Source of the DNA: Patescibacteria group bacterium
GTDB lineage: Bacteria; Patescibacteriota; Microgenomatia; UBA8517
Length of the DNA stretch: 64,000 bases
Assembly (NCBI GenBank): GCA_041742135.1
Contig: JBGSJG010000001.1
Coordinates: 131,151 to 195,150 of the forward strand
Reading direction: 5' to 3'
This document shows, one piece after another, positions 48,638 through 58,322 of the stretch. The position numbers were made by a program, and so were the translations under genes. The stretch's first letter is position 1. Each line of letters begins with the position of its first letter. The notes beneath the pieces are model-generated. The model had not been told where the DNA came from, searched no databases, and worked only from the letters and a program-made list of their open reading frames with translations.

Positions 48638-50272
48638 CTAAAGTGTTTTTGGTGTTCGATCTCCTCTACGGCCAATGGCCTTAACAACCCCTGTACTACT
48701 TTCTCTTAAGACTTGAGCACCCATACCTTCACCGGTTGACAGCAGAGTTCTGCCGACAGCATTTCTGAGCCACCCTTCACCTGATTGCATCCCTGCTCCT
48801 CTGAGTGCCAGTCCGTAGCCAATACCACTCTTTGCACCACCTGCGGCAGCCCCAATCGCCATTCCAGCGAGTCCTGCTCCAATCATACCTGAACGTTCTC
48901 TAGACATTTGCCCTGATATTATCAAGGATTTAATGTTATTAGCAAGACCTGGAGCCATCAGAAGCAGTGTTGAGCCAATAAATATTGCAAGCAGAGTAAC
49001 ATCTATACCACTAAAGCCGGGGAAGCTGATTTGCCCTGAGTTGACCAAAGGCTCGACACCATACGGATTTCCAGCGACAGTGTTTTCTAGAAGTCCACCA
49101 GATCCGCCCCCCATACCAAAAAGTAAAATATGGGCGAACATTACAGCAACTGAAATAGTTACGAATATAGATGCATGCCCAACAAGAGATCGAAGCATTT
49201 GAGTAAACATATTCCCACTTGGCGAGGCGACATATCCTAGTGCAGCGAAAGGCAAAGCAATAACATGGAGGATAATCATCACATATGTTCTTAGAAATAT
49301 CCAAAATATGCGAATGATGGCCAAAATAATCAATAGAAGCATGACCACCAACACTAGAATGCCAGCCACTATCCCGAGCACCCACCCAACCACTGGAAAC
49401 CCTCCAAAACCGCTTTTAAGAACAATCCAAACAACTGCGAGACCAAAATTCAATAATCCTCCGCCAATATCGTTGATAAGATTAAATATTGCTACGGGAT
49501 CTAGGCTGGATACTCCAGATTGCGACACGACAGCAGCAATGACTCCTTGAATAACATAGGACATATCAATTACAAACCCTGCAATTGCGTAGGAAAAAGT
49601 AATTAAAATAAAACCAATAATTACTCGAGGAATAGCTGAGGTGACACTGACACTTACTTGTGGCGAGATTCTCGCTCTAAACATGACCATGAAGGCTAAA
49701 AGAATAACTGCCAACGCCATAAGCGCGTAAGCCGCATTTCTAGAGGCTGCCCAAAGTTTTAAGATTGGTGCTAATGACCCGAAACCAAATCCTGCCTGTT
49801 GAGCATATGCTGGCTGTATTCCAATATTGTCCATAATTCCAGCAACATACGAAACCCCAGAGACAGGCCTGGTGGTTATCATTAAGTCAGAAAGCCGTGC
49901 AAATTCCAGAAAACCAAGACTCTTGCGAGGGGAAAGGGCGGTATCGGGTGAAGATGCGTCTGCAGTTGTAACACAACCCACAAAGTCGTCAAGCGCTGGG
50001 TGTTGTGTAGCACACTCAGAAATGTCGTGCTCGATGGCAAAATTTATTAGCGAATAAATGACCCACCAAACTTGTGCATGTGTGTATCTTTCACCAAAAA
50101 TTTCATTGTCAGGGATCGCTGTGTTGTTAACTTTGTCATTAAATTGCTGAAAGGTAGGAGCCCACCATTCGGCCTGAGCAGAGACAGTAGAGGGTTTAAC
50201 TGCTCCTATGAGAAAGATGGACGACAGTAGTGCGGCGACTAAGAATTTCTTAAACATCGATGATAATATCAT
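48638..50272 (-). CDS. VirB6/TrbL-like polytopic membrane protein
   Basis: A signal peptide, an about 130-aa extracytoplasmic domain, then at least 7 TM helices and a Gly-rich C-terminal tail. The architecture and its position next to VirB4/pilins fit VirB6. Confidence 0.5.
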   Translation of the reverse strand: MILSSMFKKFLVAALLSSIFLIGAVKPSTVSAQAEWWAPTFQQFNDKVNNTAIPDNEIFGERYTHAQVWWVIYSLINFAIEHDISECATQHPALDDFVGCVTTADASSPDTALSPRKSLGFLEFARLSDLMITTRPVSGVSYVAGIMDNIGIQPAYAQQAGFGFGSLAPILKLWAASRNAAYALMALAVILLAFMVMFRARISPQVSVSVTSAIPRVIIGFILITFSYAIAGFVIDMSYVIQGVIAAVVSQSGVSSLDPVAIFNLINDIGGGLLNFGLAVVWIVLKSGFGGFPVVGWVLGIVAGILVLVVMLLLIILAIIRIFWIFLRTYVMIILHVIALPFAALGYVASPSGNMFTQMLRSLVGHASIFVTISVAVMFAHILLFGMGGGSGGLLENTVAGNPYGVEPLVNSGQISFPGFSGIDVTLLAIFIGSTLLLMAPGLANNIKSLIISGQMSRERSGMIGAGLAGMAIGAAAGGAKSGIGYGLALRGAGMQSGEGWLRNAVGRTLLSTGEGMGAQVLRESSTGVVKAIGRRGDRTPKTL

Positions 50273-50300
50273 ATGCTTTTTGACTGTACCAGTGCAATAG

Positions 50301-53300
50301 TTAAGGTTGGCAAGTTAGTGACTTAGGGCTAACCGGCATTGGACAAGCGGAGAAATAATCCCAAGCTGTAGATGCTATCGCATCAAAGTATGTTGGTGAA
50401 GCAAAGCTCGTGCAACTTGATCCTCCTCGGAAGAAAATCTCCATGGCAATTTCCATGTCAGACCAACCTCTTGCTCTCAGTGTTGTAAAGCAGTTTGGGT
50501 AAGTTGATTGATAGGGGGTTTGGCTGTTCCAGATTTGTAAAAATCGAGTGTATTGAGCGTTGAAATTTTCAGGCGGGTATGCGGCATTGTTGATTCCAAA
50601 GTCCTGCCACAGTAGTGGCGAAGCTGTGTAGTTGCTGCAAGCGCTTTCGTGAGCCCAGATGGCTAACGCAAACGTTGGGTGAACGCCTAACGCGACCGCT
50701 CGGGAAACCACGTCGTTGTAACATCTTCGACCGTTTGACACCCCTCGGGAGTCCCATTGTTCACAGATTCTGATTGCATTATCTTTAAATGAACCAAGGT
50801 ATTGTGCAGGTAACGCAGTGTCTGGAATATCTGTCCTACAATTTGCTTCTGAGGCAATAGGTGGCGCAGGTTCGTCTGGTAGCTCGTCTTCCGAGAAGGT
50901 TTCATTTCCACAAAGCCCCAGAGGTCGAAGTGCACACTGAATACCTTCTAGGAAATAATCCTGCACACTTCCGATGTGAGGGAAATAAAACTCAGCTGCA
51001 CTACCGGGGCGGTTATTGCCAGACAGAGCTGAAACAGAGGCGGACGATCCATTTTCGACACTGATACTATTGGCTAAATACCCAGAGGTTGTTTCAGCCG
51101 GGATGTCTTTTATTGTTGAAAGAGGAGCGTCGGCGCTAATTCTAGGAAAAATACGTCTAAACACTGACCACGATCCCGCTACGAGCCGTTGCCAGACACT
51201 GTCTGCTTCTGGTGTATTTGCTGACATCGCAAGTGGAATGGTAATAGTTTTTTGGCAAGTGGTTGGGTATGTCATAGCTGCTTCTCTACAACCAACATTG
51301 TCAAATACTCCAGCGGGGGGGAGTGGAAGGACACATCGGCCAAGTCCTGGGGTACAGCTTGGGTCAGGATTCCAGGTACCCCCTATTCCGCAAGCTGCGG
51401 GCGACTCGCAATATCCAATTAACCAACAAGCGTTGTAGAGGTTTTGGTCTACTGAAGGTGTGAAATCACAGGTAAAGTCAGCGGTATAGCTTAGTGTGGC
51501 TTGGAGTGGATTTTCTCCAGCTACACCCTCTCGTTCAAGTTCGCCGTACAAATCATCTCCAGCATTTGATCTTGTGTCTTGGAATTCGCAACCCGGCATG
51601 CGTTGTGGGAGAGTGATGTCATCAGTCTTAGGGCTGTCAAGTGCACCAGTATATTCACCTGGAATGAATGTGCGCTGTGTAACCTCTGCCAATTCTTTCG
51701 TTTCTTCCATGTGAGCAAAATATAGATTTCTGCTGGCGCTGCCTGTTGGTGAATCACTTCCTTCTTGAGTTACAGTAAAATCTGTAATAGTTACCCCTTC
51801 GCCAGAAGGTAAGCCTATCGGGCTAAAAGAGGCCATGCCTATACGATCTTCTGTGGAAGAATATGGTACATATCCCAGAGCTTCTGGGCTTGAGAATGTT
51901 GTTGCCCCCATAGTTTTTAGAAATGTGTTAGCGAGCACCCCAGTCAGCCGGTTGTAGGTATTGCTTTGGCTGTAACACGCTTCGGGCGAATCGACAGAGC
52001 CGCACTCCACAATTTGATCATGTCTTTGGGTGCCAACATTATATCCTTGCTGAAACCTAAGGCCGTCAAATTTGTTTTCGTAGTAAGGAATAAAGCCAAA
52101 ATACCAACCTGCTATGTATCTGTCACCACTTTGAACTCGTTGGGGGAGAAGTTTTTTGATCGGGCCAGACATCGAAAGGAGCAGGTCTTGGTCGCTGGGA
52201 AAGCTAAAAAAACGCTCTTCAGCTCTTTGCACTACACCATTTAAGTACCAACTGGCATACCCCGCCATACGGTCTTTGTAGGTGAGTGTCGCGTTGGGAC
52301 CAGTTGCGTTGGGAACCAGTTGAGTATTTCCCATTATAGGCAACTGGGCTCTACTCAAATCGATTTCGGCATTTAAGTTACTATCTACGATAAACCTACA
52401 AGTTTGCGTCTCACCCGCGTCCCCGGTGCAGCTACCGGGGACTGCTTGCCCTTGGTTAACCTCAAGCGTTTCAATTACCGTAAAATCATTACCACACTGA
52501 TTAACGCCGCTGGCGGTTTTGTTGCACGGGTTTGCTGGGTATGGGCGAAGAGAGTGGTATTCTGGGTCGGTTACCGTGTTGCAATCCCAATTTTCGATTT
52601 CGTATGGCGTTGTAGTAATACAAGCAGGAGTTGCCCATAGCTCTGTGGCTGGTTCGTTAGGACCAGCAATTACCCACAGGTCGCCCGATATTTTTGAATT
52701 AACGTCTGCTAGAAAGTTGGCGTACTCCACTGGGTTTGCGAAATCACAAGTGTTTCCCGCACACACCCTAAGAATTGGTTTTTTACCCAACTCGTGAGCT
52801 CTGTTTGCAAAGTCTGCAACCGTTTGCACAGCTCCTCGGGAATAAGCAATTTCAAGTATCCAGTTAACATTGCCACTGTAGCCAACCGCAGTATTCACAA
52901 ATGTTCCAGGAGTGACCTCCATCGCCGAGTTAACACCTGCCTTGCCCGGATTGGTGCTGGTAATAGTGTCAAACTCCGCCTTATCAAGTTGGTGGCGAGT
53001 AAATTCTTGATTTCCGCCGAGGGCATTAAAATAGTTAATTGATGAAACCTTCGGGTCGTTTGCAGTGATTTGGTGTTGAGAAGCGGCAAGGCTGATCGAC
53101 CCAGGATTGGCATCATAATTAAAGTCACCATATTCTGTGAAGAATGTCGGGCCTCCAGTAAAGCGAGTTTTCCAAGATACACCCCGACCATCGGGTATGT
53201 CCGCTCGGGAATACCAGTCGTACGATGTAAAACTAAAACCACCACCCGGGACGTGTGAGTAAGAGTTACCCGCAAAGCCGTCAAGCCTACTGAAATCACC

Positions 53301-53585
53301 CCTTTCGCCGGGTTGAGTAGTCATCAAATCAAATATTTGCCATTCTACAGAGCTTGTTAGATTAAATGCGGGAGAGAGAAGCTTAATGTGGCTTAAATTT
53401 CCAGCACGAGTAGTAAGGGCGTTCATGTATATTGCCAAGTCGCGCGCAATGCACTGCACGTCAGGCTCGCCTGTAGTTTGAGCTTGTATTGCTGGGGGGG
53501 CAGAAGCTCTAGGCAACAAAACAACAACTAATGCAGTCAAAACAATTGTTGAACACAAAAGAAGCTTGGTGGCTAAATGCTTCAT
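50301..53585 (-). CDS. Large (1094 aa) Cys-rich secreted protein with a glycoside-hydrolase-like (NEP motif) region and a C-terminal lytic-transglycosylase-like (…HES…) region
   Basis: Signal peptide MKHLATKLLLCSTIVLTALVVVLLP. The segment …KKPILRVCAGNTCDF…WVIAGPNEP resembles a GH5/GH26-type strand-4 NEP. The C-terminal …FALAIWAHESACSNYTASP resembles an SLT catalytic Glu-Ser region. More than 30 Cys. Confidence 0.45.
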   Translation of the reverse strand: MKHLATKLLLCSTIVLTALVVVLLPRASAPPAIQAQTTGEPDVQCIARDLAIYMNALTTRAGNLSHIKLLSPAFNLTSSVEWQIFDLMTTQPGERGDFSRLDGFAGNSYSHVPGGGFSFTSYDWYSRADIPDGRGVSWKTRFTGGPTFFTEYGDFNYDANPGSISLAASQHQITANDPKVSSINYFNALGGNQEFTRHQLDKAEFDTITSTNPGKAGVNSAMEVTPGTFVNTAVGYSGNVNWILEIAYSRGAVQTVADFANRAHELGKKPILRVCAGNTCDFANPVEYANFLADVNSKISGDLWVIAGPNEPATELWATPACITTTPYEIENWDCNTVTDPEYHSLRPYPANPCNKTASGVNQCGNDFTVIETLEVNQGQAVPGSCTGDAGETQTCRFIVDSNLNAEIDLSRAQLPIMGNTQLVPNATGPNATLTYKDRMAGYASWYLNGVVQRAEERFFSFPSDQDLLLSMSGPIKKLLPQRVQSGDRYIAGWYFGFIPYYENKFDGLRFQQGYNVGTQRHDQIVECGSVDSPEACYSQSNTYNRLTGVLANTFLKTMGATTFSSPEALGYVPYSSTEDRIGMASFSPIGLPSGEGVTITDFTVTQEGSDSPTGSASRNLYFAHMEETKELAEVTQRTFIPGEYTGALDSPKTDDITLPQRMPGCEFQDTRSNAGDDLYGELEREGVAGENPLQATLSYTADFTCDFTPSVDQNLYNACWLIGYCESPAACGIGGTWNPDPSCTPGLGRCVLPLPPAGVFDNVGCREAAMTYPTTCQKTITIPLAMSANTPEADSVWQRLVAGSWSVFRRIFPRISADAPLSTIKDIPAETTSGYLANSISVENGSSASVSALSGNNRPGSAAEFYFPHIGSVQDYFLEGIQCALRPLGLCGNETFSEDELPDEPAPPIASEANCRTDIPDTALPAQYLGSFKDNAIRICEQWDSRGVSNGRRCYNDVVSRAVALGVHPTFALAIWAHESACSNYTASPLLWQDFGINNAAYPPENFNAQYTRFLQIWNSQTPYQSTYPNCFTTLRARGWSDMEIAMEIFFRGGSSCTSFASPTYFDAIASTAWDYFSACPMPVSPKSLTCQP

Positions 53586-53622
53586 CGAATATATTATACC
53601 AAGAATGGCGACTAGTTAATTG

Positions 53623-53961
53623 TCAATTGTAGATGTCGAAGTTGAGAATTGCGGGTACACCAACAAAATTGGCAATTATTTGAACAATCAAAAACGCCAA
53701 AGCCAAAACTACTGTTCCCGCTATGGCATAAGTAATTGTGCTTTTGGCTCCCGCAACTTGCCTTGGGTCGCCACCTGAGAAAATAAAATAGAATCCTCCG
53801 ACAATAAGCATTACAAAAAGGATTATTCCACCAATTGGGAGTAGTGATGAAACAATTCTGCCAAAAACATCCGTGAGAGAGTAGAGTCCCGAAGCGCAAT
53901 TTTCACCGACAGCCCCAGGTGGGCACGGCGTGGGATCTTGCGCAAAAATAATTGATAGCAT
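53623..53961 (-). CDS. VirB2/TrbC-like pilin paralogue 1
   Basis: About 110 aa with two hydrophobic helices separated by the SGGDPRQ loop. Same design as the tandem array at 56.3-58.7 kb. Confidence 0.6.
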   Translation of the reverse strand: MLSIIFAQDPTPCPPGAVGENCASGLYSLTDVFGRIVSSLLPIGGIILFVMLIVGGFYFIFSGGDPRQVAGAKSTITYAIAGTVVLALAFLIVQIIANFVGVPAILNFDIYN

Positions 53962-54031
53962 GAGTATAGTTTAAACTAGTTGAGTTGATATATTCAATAC
54001 ATAGCAATATAATTGGCGATTTGCATCAATA

Positions 54032-54775
54032 GTGGTAAACATAAATATGGTTAAAAATAAGATTGATTTTCCGAACTACCCAGAGGTGAATAAAAAGAAC
54101 TTTAAGTCGTGGAACGATGACATGTTTCTGAAATACAACAACGAGCGCGTTTACAAGCACCCTAATTTGATAATTAGATATATTGAGAGGAAAAGAGTAG
54201 AAGCTTTAATACAATTTCTCGGTCGTATCAAAAGGTCAGACAAAATACTGGCTGCTGGTTGCGGGGAGGGATACATAGAAAAGAAGATTAATAAAGGAAA
54301 ACTCTTTTTGGTCGACATCTCGCCCCATGCAGTAGAGAGGGCCAAAAGGGGTCTGCACGATCTAAAAAATATTAAATATTTTGTCGCAGATCTTGAAAAG
54401 TTGCCCTTCCCTGATGGGTATTTTGATAAAATCGAATGCTCGGAGGTCATAGAACATGTTTTATCTCCAGAAAAGATGTTAATAGAATTCAAGCGAGTTT
54501 TGAAATCCGACGGAATTTTGGTGGTCAGCTTTCCCAACGAGCCTCTGATCAATTTTCTTAAAAGCGCTTTGTTAAAGATAGGCATACTCCATCTAGTTTT
54601 TCCAAACATTCCCGACAACATGCTGGAAGAGTGGCACTTAAGATCTATGGACTTAACAACTTTTAAGAATTTTACGAAGACTGATTGGAAAATCAAATCG
54701 TTCGCAGCCGCACCGAATAAACTGTTGCCGATAAGATACGTTGTATTGTGTGAGAAAAAAGTGACTCATTTTTGA
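54032..54775 (+). CDS. Class I SAM-dependent methyltransferase (Methyltransf_11-like)
   Basis: Motif I ILAAGCGEGY and post-I LFLVDIS, plus …YFDKIECSEVIEHV…. Confidence 0.75.
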   Translation: MVNINMVKNKIDFPNYPEVNKKNFKSWNDDMFLKYNNERVYKHPNLIIRYIERKRVEALIQFLGRIKRSDKILAAGCGEGYIEKKINKGKLFLVDISPHAVERAKRGLHDLKNIKYFVADLEKLPFPDGYFDKIECSEVIEHVLSPEKMLIEFKRVLKSDGILVVSFPNEPLINFLKSALLKIGILHLVFPNIPDNMLEEWHLRSMDLTTFKNFTKTDWKIKSFAAAPNKLLPIRYVVLCEKKVTHF

Positions 54776-56271
54776 TAGATTATTGACATCTCGTCTTCAA
54801 AGACCACTTCCCACCCTATCTTTTCAACTTCGCTTTGTAGAGATATTTGTTTTGGGCAATAAGTTAAGCCGAGAGAGTAGGCCAACCTGTCAAATTTCTC
54901 TGCGAAAACGCCCTTTGTCGTCTTTGTTGTGTTAGTGATTTTTGAGACCAAAATTGTATCGGTGTTGTATTTTGTGATGGTTTCATAAAAATCTTTGTAG
55001 CCACAGTTTATGTCTAAGTACTCGAGAAACGCATGGTCACTTTCTCCTTCTGGGGCAATCCATGAAAAGCCAGACATTCTTCCGTCAACAAAAAACTTTT
55101 TATTAGGCATTTGCCATATTAAATAGCCACCTAGGCCGTAATCAGCAAAAATGTTAGTAGAATCATTGTTTAAGGAAAGAAATGTTACGGCTCTGTAAGG
55201 GTAAAAGCCGTCTTCGTTGAGGTGCCGCCATGTGCGTGATGAGGCAAACACCGCTAAAGCCCAAACTAAAACACTTACTAGAACTAGTATTTTATAGAAA
55301 ATATTTAATCTCTCTGAGCCCTTAAGAAATTTTTTTGCCCGCTGCTCTGTGTGGTTTAGGTATTTAACAAGAAAGGGTGCCATTAGAAGTGCAGATAGTG
55401 GTGCGTATCGCCCACTGTAAACGCCTGCAAATATGCTGCCCGCTACAACTACTACTTCCCAAAGCCTTATCTTATTTTTGTTAACGAATATAAAAGTGGC
55501 TGTGAAGGCTGAAATCGCAAAAAAACCCACGTCAAAAGTAAACAATGCCGAGGCCCATTCGCTTACTGATTGTCTGAAAAGCTCACCTTGACTCATTTGT
55601 TTAACGACCTCTTCCCAGTTTCTAATGCCATATGGGTTTGCTAGGGTAGCAGCTATGCTCATCAGAAGAACTAGAAAGTCTGAAGATATAATCCGCCGTT
55701 TCTGGAAAGATTTGAACAGAATTAACAAGGCAGATAGCCCAATACCCAAAACATAGCTTCCGTGAAGATTTGTCCACACAAACATCAAGAGAGGAAGAAA
55801 CAATCGAAGTTTGTTCCAATTCGTACGATCGTAAAAAATTTTAACTAAAATAGCCAGCAGAAACCAATTAAAAACTTGCGGGCGTACTCCAACTCTTAGT
55901 GTCATACTGGAAATGACCAATAACCACGGAAGAAGAAAATACTTAGTTTTTCCGTAGACTGAAATTACAATTGAAGCAGAAGTCAGTGCAATGATGACAT
56001 GCAGGAGCGCAAGGGTATTGTACCCAAAAAGATTGTAAACGTGATAATAGAGAAAATTCGAAAGCCACTCATAGTCAATGTACGGGTATGTCTGCATTGT
56101 ATACGAAAATGGGTTTCCAGTGGGGAAGCCAACCCTCGCAATTATTTCGCCTACACGATAATGCCAACCAAAATCAGGGTCAATGAAGGTCCTTGTTCCC
56201 AGAAACAATAACGTACCCACTATAACAAAAGCTAGGCGAAAAACGTATCGTGGTTTAATGTGGCTTAACAT
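54766..56271 (-). CDS. Polytopic membrane protein (at least 11 TM helices), a possible GT-C-type glycosyltransferase/oligosaccharyltransferase
   Basis: Many TM helices in the first 350 aa, then a soluble C-terminal domain. Family not recognised. Confidence 0.4.
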   Translation of the reverse strand: MLSHIKPRYVFRLAFVIVGTLLFLGTRTFIDPDFGWHYRVGEIIARVGFPTGNPFSYTMQTYPYIDYEWLSNFLYYHVYNLFGYNTLALLHVIIALTSASIVISVYGKTKYFLLPWLLVISSMTLRVGVRPQVFNWFLLAILVKIFYDRTNWNKLRLFLPLLMFVWTNLHGSYVLGIGLSALLILFKSFQKRRIISSDFLVLLMSIAATLANPYGIRNWEEVVKQMSQGELFRQSVSEWASALFTFDVGFFAISAFTATFIFVNKNKIRLWEVVVVAGSIFAGVYSGRYAPLSALLMAPFLVKYLNHTEQRAKKFLKGSERLNIFYKILVLVSVLVWALAVFASSRTWRHLNEDGFYPYRAVTFLSLNNDSTNIFADYGLGGYLIWQMPNKKFFVDGRMSGFSWIAPEGESDHAFLEYLDINCGYKDFYETITKYNTDTILVSKITNTTKTTKGVFAEKFDRLAYSLGLTYCPKQISLQSEVEKIGWEVVFEDEMSIIYQK

Positions 56272-56357
56272 AATCAGACGATATGCTAGTTTAGTGTTTA
56301 TACAAAAAAAACACCAGGATAACCCTGGTGTTTTTTTGTTAATGGAATCAGTAGTTG

Positions 56358-56708
56358 TTACGGAGTAACAACGCTACCAATATTAAAATTCTGAATAATA
56401 TTGATTCCAAAAATTGTGCTAATGAGTTGGGCGAGAGCCCAAGCTGAAAACACTACAACCAAACCGATAAGCGCGCTTGTAACCTGATTCCTAGCTGATT
56501 CAGTCTGGCCTTTATCTCCGCCGGACATAATCCACTTTATTCCTCCGAGAATAAGCATAAAGAAGAATACCAATCCTGCTATAACCAAAATACTGTTGAT
56601 TGCCCAAGAAATCATACCACCAACGGTGATATTGGCAATGGGGCCAAAATTAGTTGGCGCGGTTAAATTTATTGTGTCTTGTGCAAATACTGTTGATAAA
56701 AATGGCAT
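56358..56708 (-). CDS. VirB2/TrbC-like pilin paralogue 2
   Basis: Two TM helices flanking SGGDKGQ. RBS AAGGAGG upstream. Confidence 0.6.
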   Translation of the reverse strand: MPFLSTVFAQDTINLTAPTNFGPIANITVGGMISWAINSILVIAGLVFFFMLILGGIKWIMSGGDKGQTESARNQVTSALIGLVVVFSAWALAQLISTIFGINIIQNFNIGSVVTP

Positions 56709-56732
56709 AATTTAAATTCACCTCCTTTTATT

Positions 56733-56771
56733 GGTTTGCTTTATAAAAAAATAATATTTGTTAAGCAAACC
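56733..56771 (-). promoter_or_regulatory. Inverted repeat (9-bp stem, about 20-nt AT loop) immediately 5' of the RBS of pilin paralogue 2
   Basis: GGTTTGCTT…AAGCAAACC. No U-tract follows on the transcribed strand. Confidence 0.4.
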
Positions 56772-56873
56772 TTAAAATTCAATATACAAAATCTTTCTAT
56801 TATAATGGCAAAAAAGTATTTGTCAAATTTTCAAGAAAGACTATCTATTTATGAACTAAGATAGGGGAGCATG

Positions 56874-57263
56874 TCAAGGGGTACCAACTGTTGCTAGCGT
56901 TGGTATGTCAATAAGAAGAAGATTTATTCCAAAGACATTCTCAATAAGGGTAAAAACTGCCCAAGCTGCAAAAAGTATTACAAGTCCAATAATTGCGTTA
57001 AGAAGCTTCTGTCTTGCTTCTTCTAGTTTGTTTTTGTCGCCTCCCGAGCCGATCCATGCTACTCCGCCAGTCAGGAACTGGAAGACAAAATAAAGCGAAC
57101 CAACAATTAGAATAATTGTTAACATGACGCTAATTAGCGCGCTTAAATACCCAACTCCTCCTGTTGCACCAGGTCCTAATGTAATGAATCGATTCAAATC
57201 ACCAATCGCTGGGTTTTTTATGTTTTCCCCTGGTATTGGTGCGGCCAGTATTGTGCTGATCAT
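56874..57263 (-). CDS. VirB2/TrbC-like pilin paralogue 3
   Basis: Two TM helices, loop GSGGDKNK. Confidence 0.6.
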   Translation of the reverse strand: MISTILAAPIPGENIKNPAIGDLNRFITLGPGATGGVGYLSALISVMLTIILIVGSLYFVFQFLTGGVAWIGSGGDKNKLEEARQKLLNAIIGLVILFAAWAVFTLIENVFGINLLLIDIPTLATVGTP

Positions 57264-57264
57264 G

Positions 57265-57624
57265 TTAAGTTAAACTGAAAATAAGTAAAGGAATATTTAA
57301 GAAAGGAATTCCAAGAATGTCGCCTACAATGTCGATTAAAAATATTGCTGATATAACAACAACAACCCCAATCAAACTCGTAGTAAGCTTTCCCTTTGCT
57401 GCAGCAAGGGCGTTTTTGTCCCCACCAGAGCTTATTATTTGAATTGCTGCCAAGAAGAATTGGATAACAAACCATATAAACGCAATGATCGTGATAACAC
57501 CCAGTGCAGTAGATATTACATCACTAAGCTTGTACACGGAACCTGCTCCTGGATTTTGGCCAAGTGTTCCAGGTAGCGTGAAACCTCCAGATGGAGCTAC
57601 GGGTATGTCTGCTAGTCTTGCCAT
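57265..57624 (-). CDS. VirB2/TrbC-like pilin paralogue 4
   Basis: Two TM helices, loop SSGGDKNA. Confidence 0.6.
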   Translation of the reverse strand: MARLADIPVAPSGGFTLPGTLGQNPGAGSVYKLSDVISTALGVITIIAFIWFVIQFFLAAIQIISSGGDKNALAAAKGKLTTSLIGVVVVISAIFLIDIVGDILGIPFLNIPLLIFSLT

Positions 57625-57972
57625 TTAAGGTGTTGGAATAGATGGGTTGATCAAGAAAGTTGCATCACCAAATATTATTTGGCCAAATATTGCAGCTAGA
57701 ACCAAAGACCCCCCAGCAATCAAAAGCCCAATTACGCTTTGGTATATTTTTGCCCAAGCTGTTTGAACCATTTTAGGGTCATCCCCAGCAGCCAAGAAAC
57801 TGTATCCCGCGAGGATGAAATTAAACAGGGCGTATATGCCCGCAATAACTATCAAAACGTTAAATGCTAACTGAAGCACTGTACCCAAAGCCCCACCTTC
57901 CACAGTCCCAAAATTTTGAGTTGGTTCTGGCTGATTAATGGTACCCCAATTAACTTGTAAAAATTGAAACAT
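57625..57972 (-). CDS. VirB2/TrbC-like pilin paralogue 5
   Basis: Two TM helices, loop AAGDDPKM. Confidence 0.6.
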   Translation of the reverse strand: MFQFLQVNWGTINQPEPTQNFGTVEGGALGTVLQLAFNVLIVIAGIYALFNFILAGYSFLAAGDDPKMVQTAWAKIYQSVIGLLIAGGSLVLAAIFGQIIFGDATFLINPSIPTP

Positions 57973-57975
57973 TTT

Positions 57976-58281
57976 TTAAAAAGGATCGGGAGCAGTCAAG
58001 AAATTCGTCCCACTCCATATCTCTATGATACGTATAACCCAGTAAGCTGTAAAGACCACGACAAATCCTACCAACGCCCAAGTGATAGCCTGCTTGCCGT
58101 TTGCAGCTCCTTTTGCGTCGCCAGAACCAGCGGAAGCGATCATTGAAACTCCACCTAATATAAACAAAAGGACCATTATAATTCCGGAAACAACAATAGC
58201 GGCTGTTACTAAATTACCTATAAAATCACCCACAGAAACAGATCGTCCGAGAGGAGAATTGAAAGTACTGCCTAAATCCAT
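57976..58281 (-). CDS. VirB2/TrbC-like pilin paralogue 6
   Basis: Two TM helices, loop ASAGSGDAKG. Confidence 0.6.
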   Translation of the reverse strand: MDLGSTFNSPLGRSVSVGDFIGNLVTAAIVVSGIIMVLLFILGGVSMIASAGSGDAKGAANGKQAITWALVGFVVVFTAYWVIRIIEIWSGTNFLTAPDPF

Positions 58282-58322
58282 ATTTTGTATATCAAAACTG
58301 ACCCCCCTGCTTAGAGGGTTCT

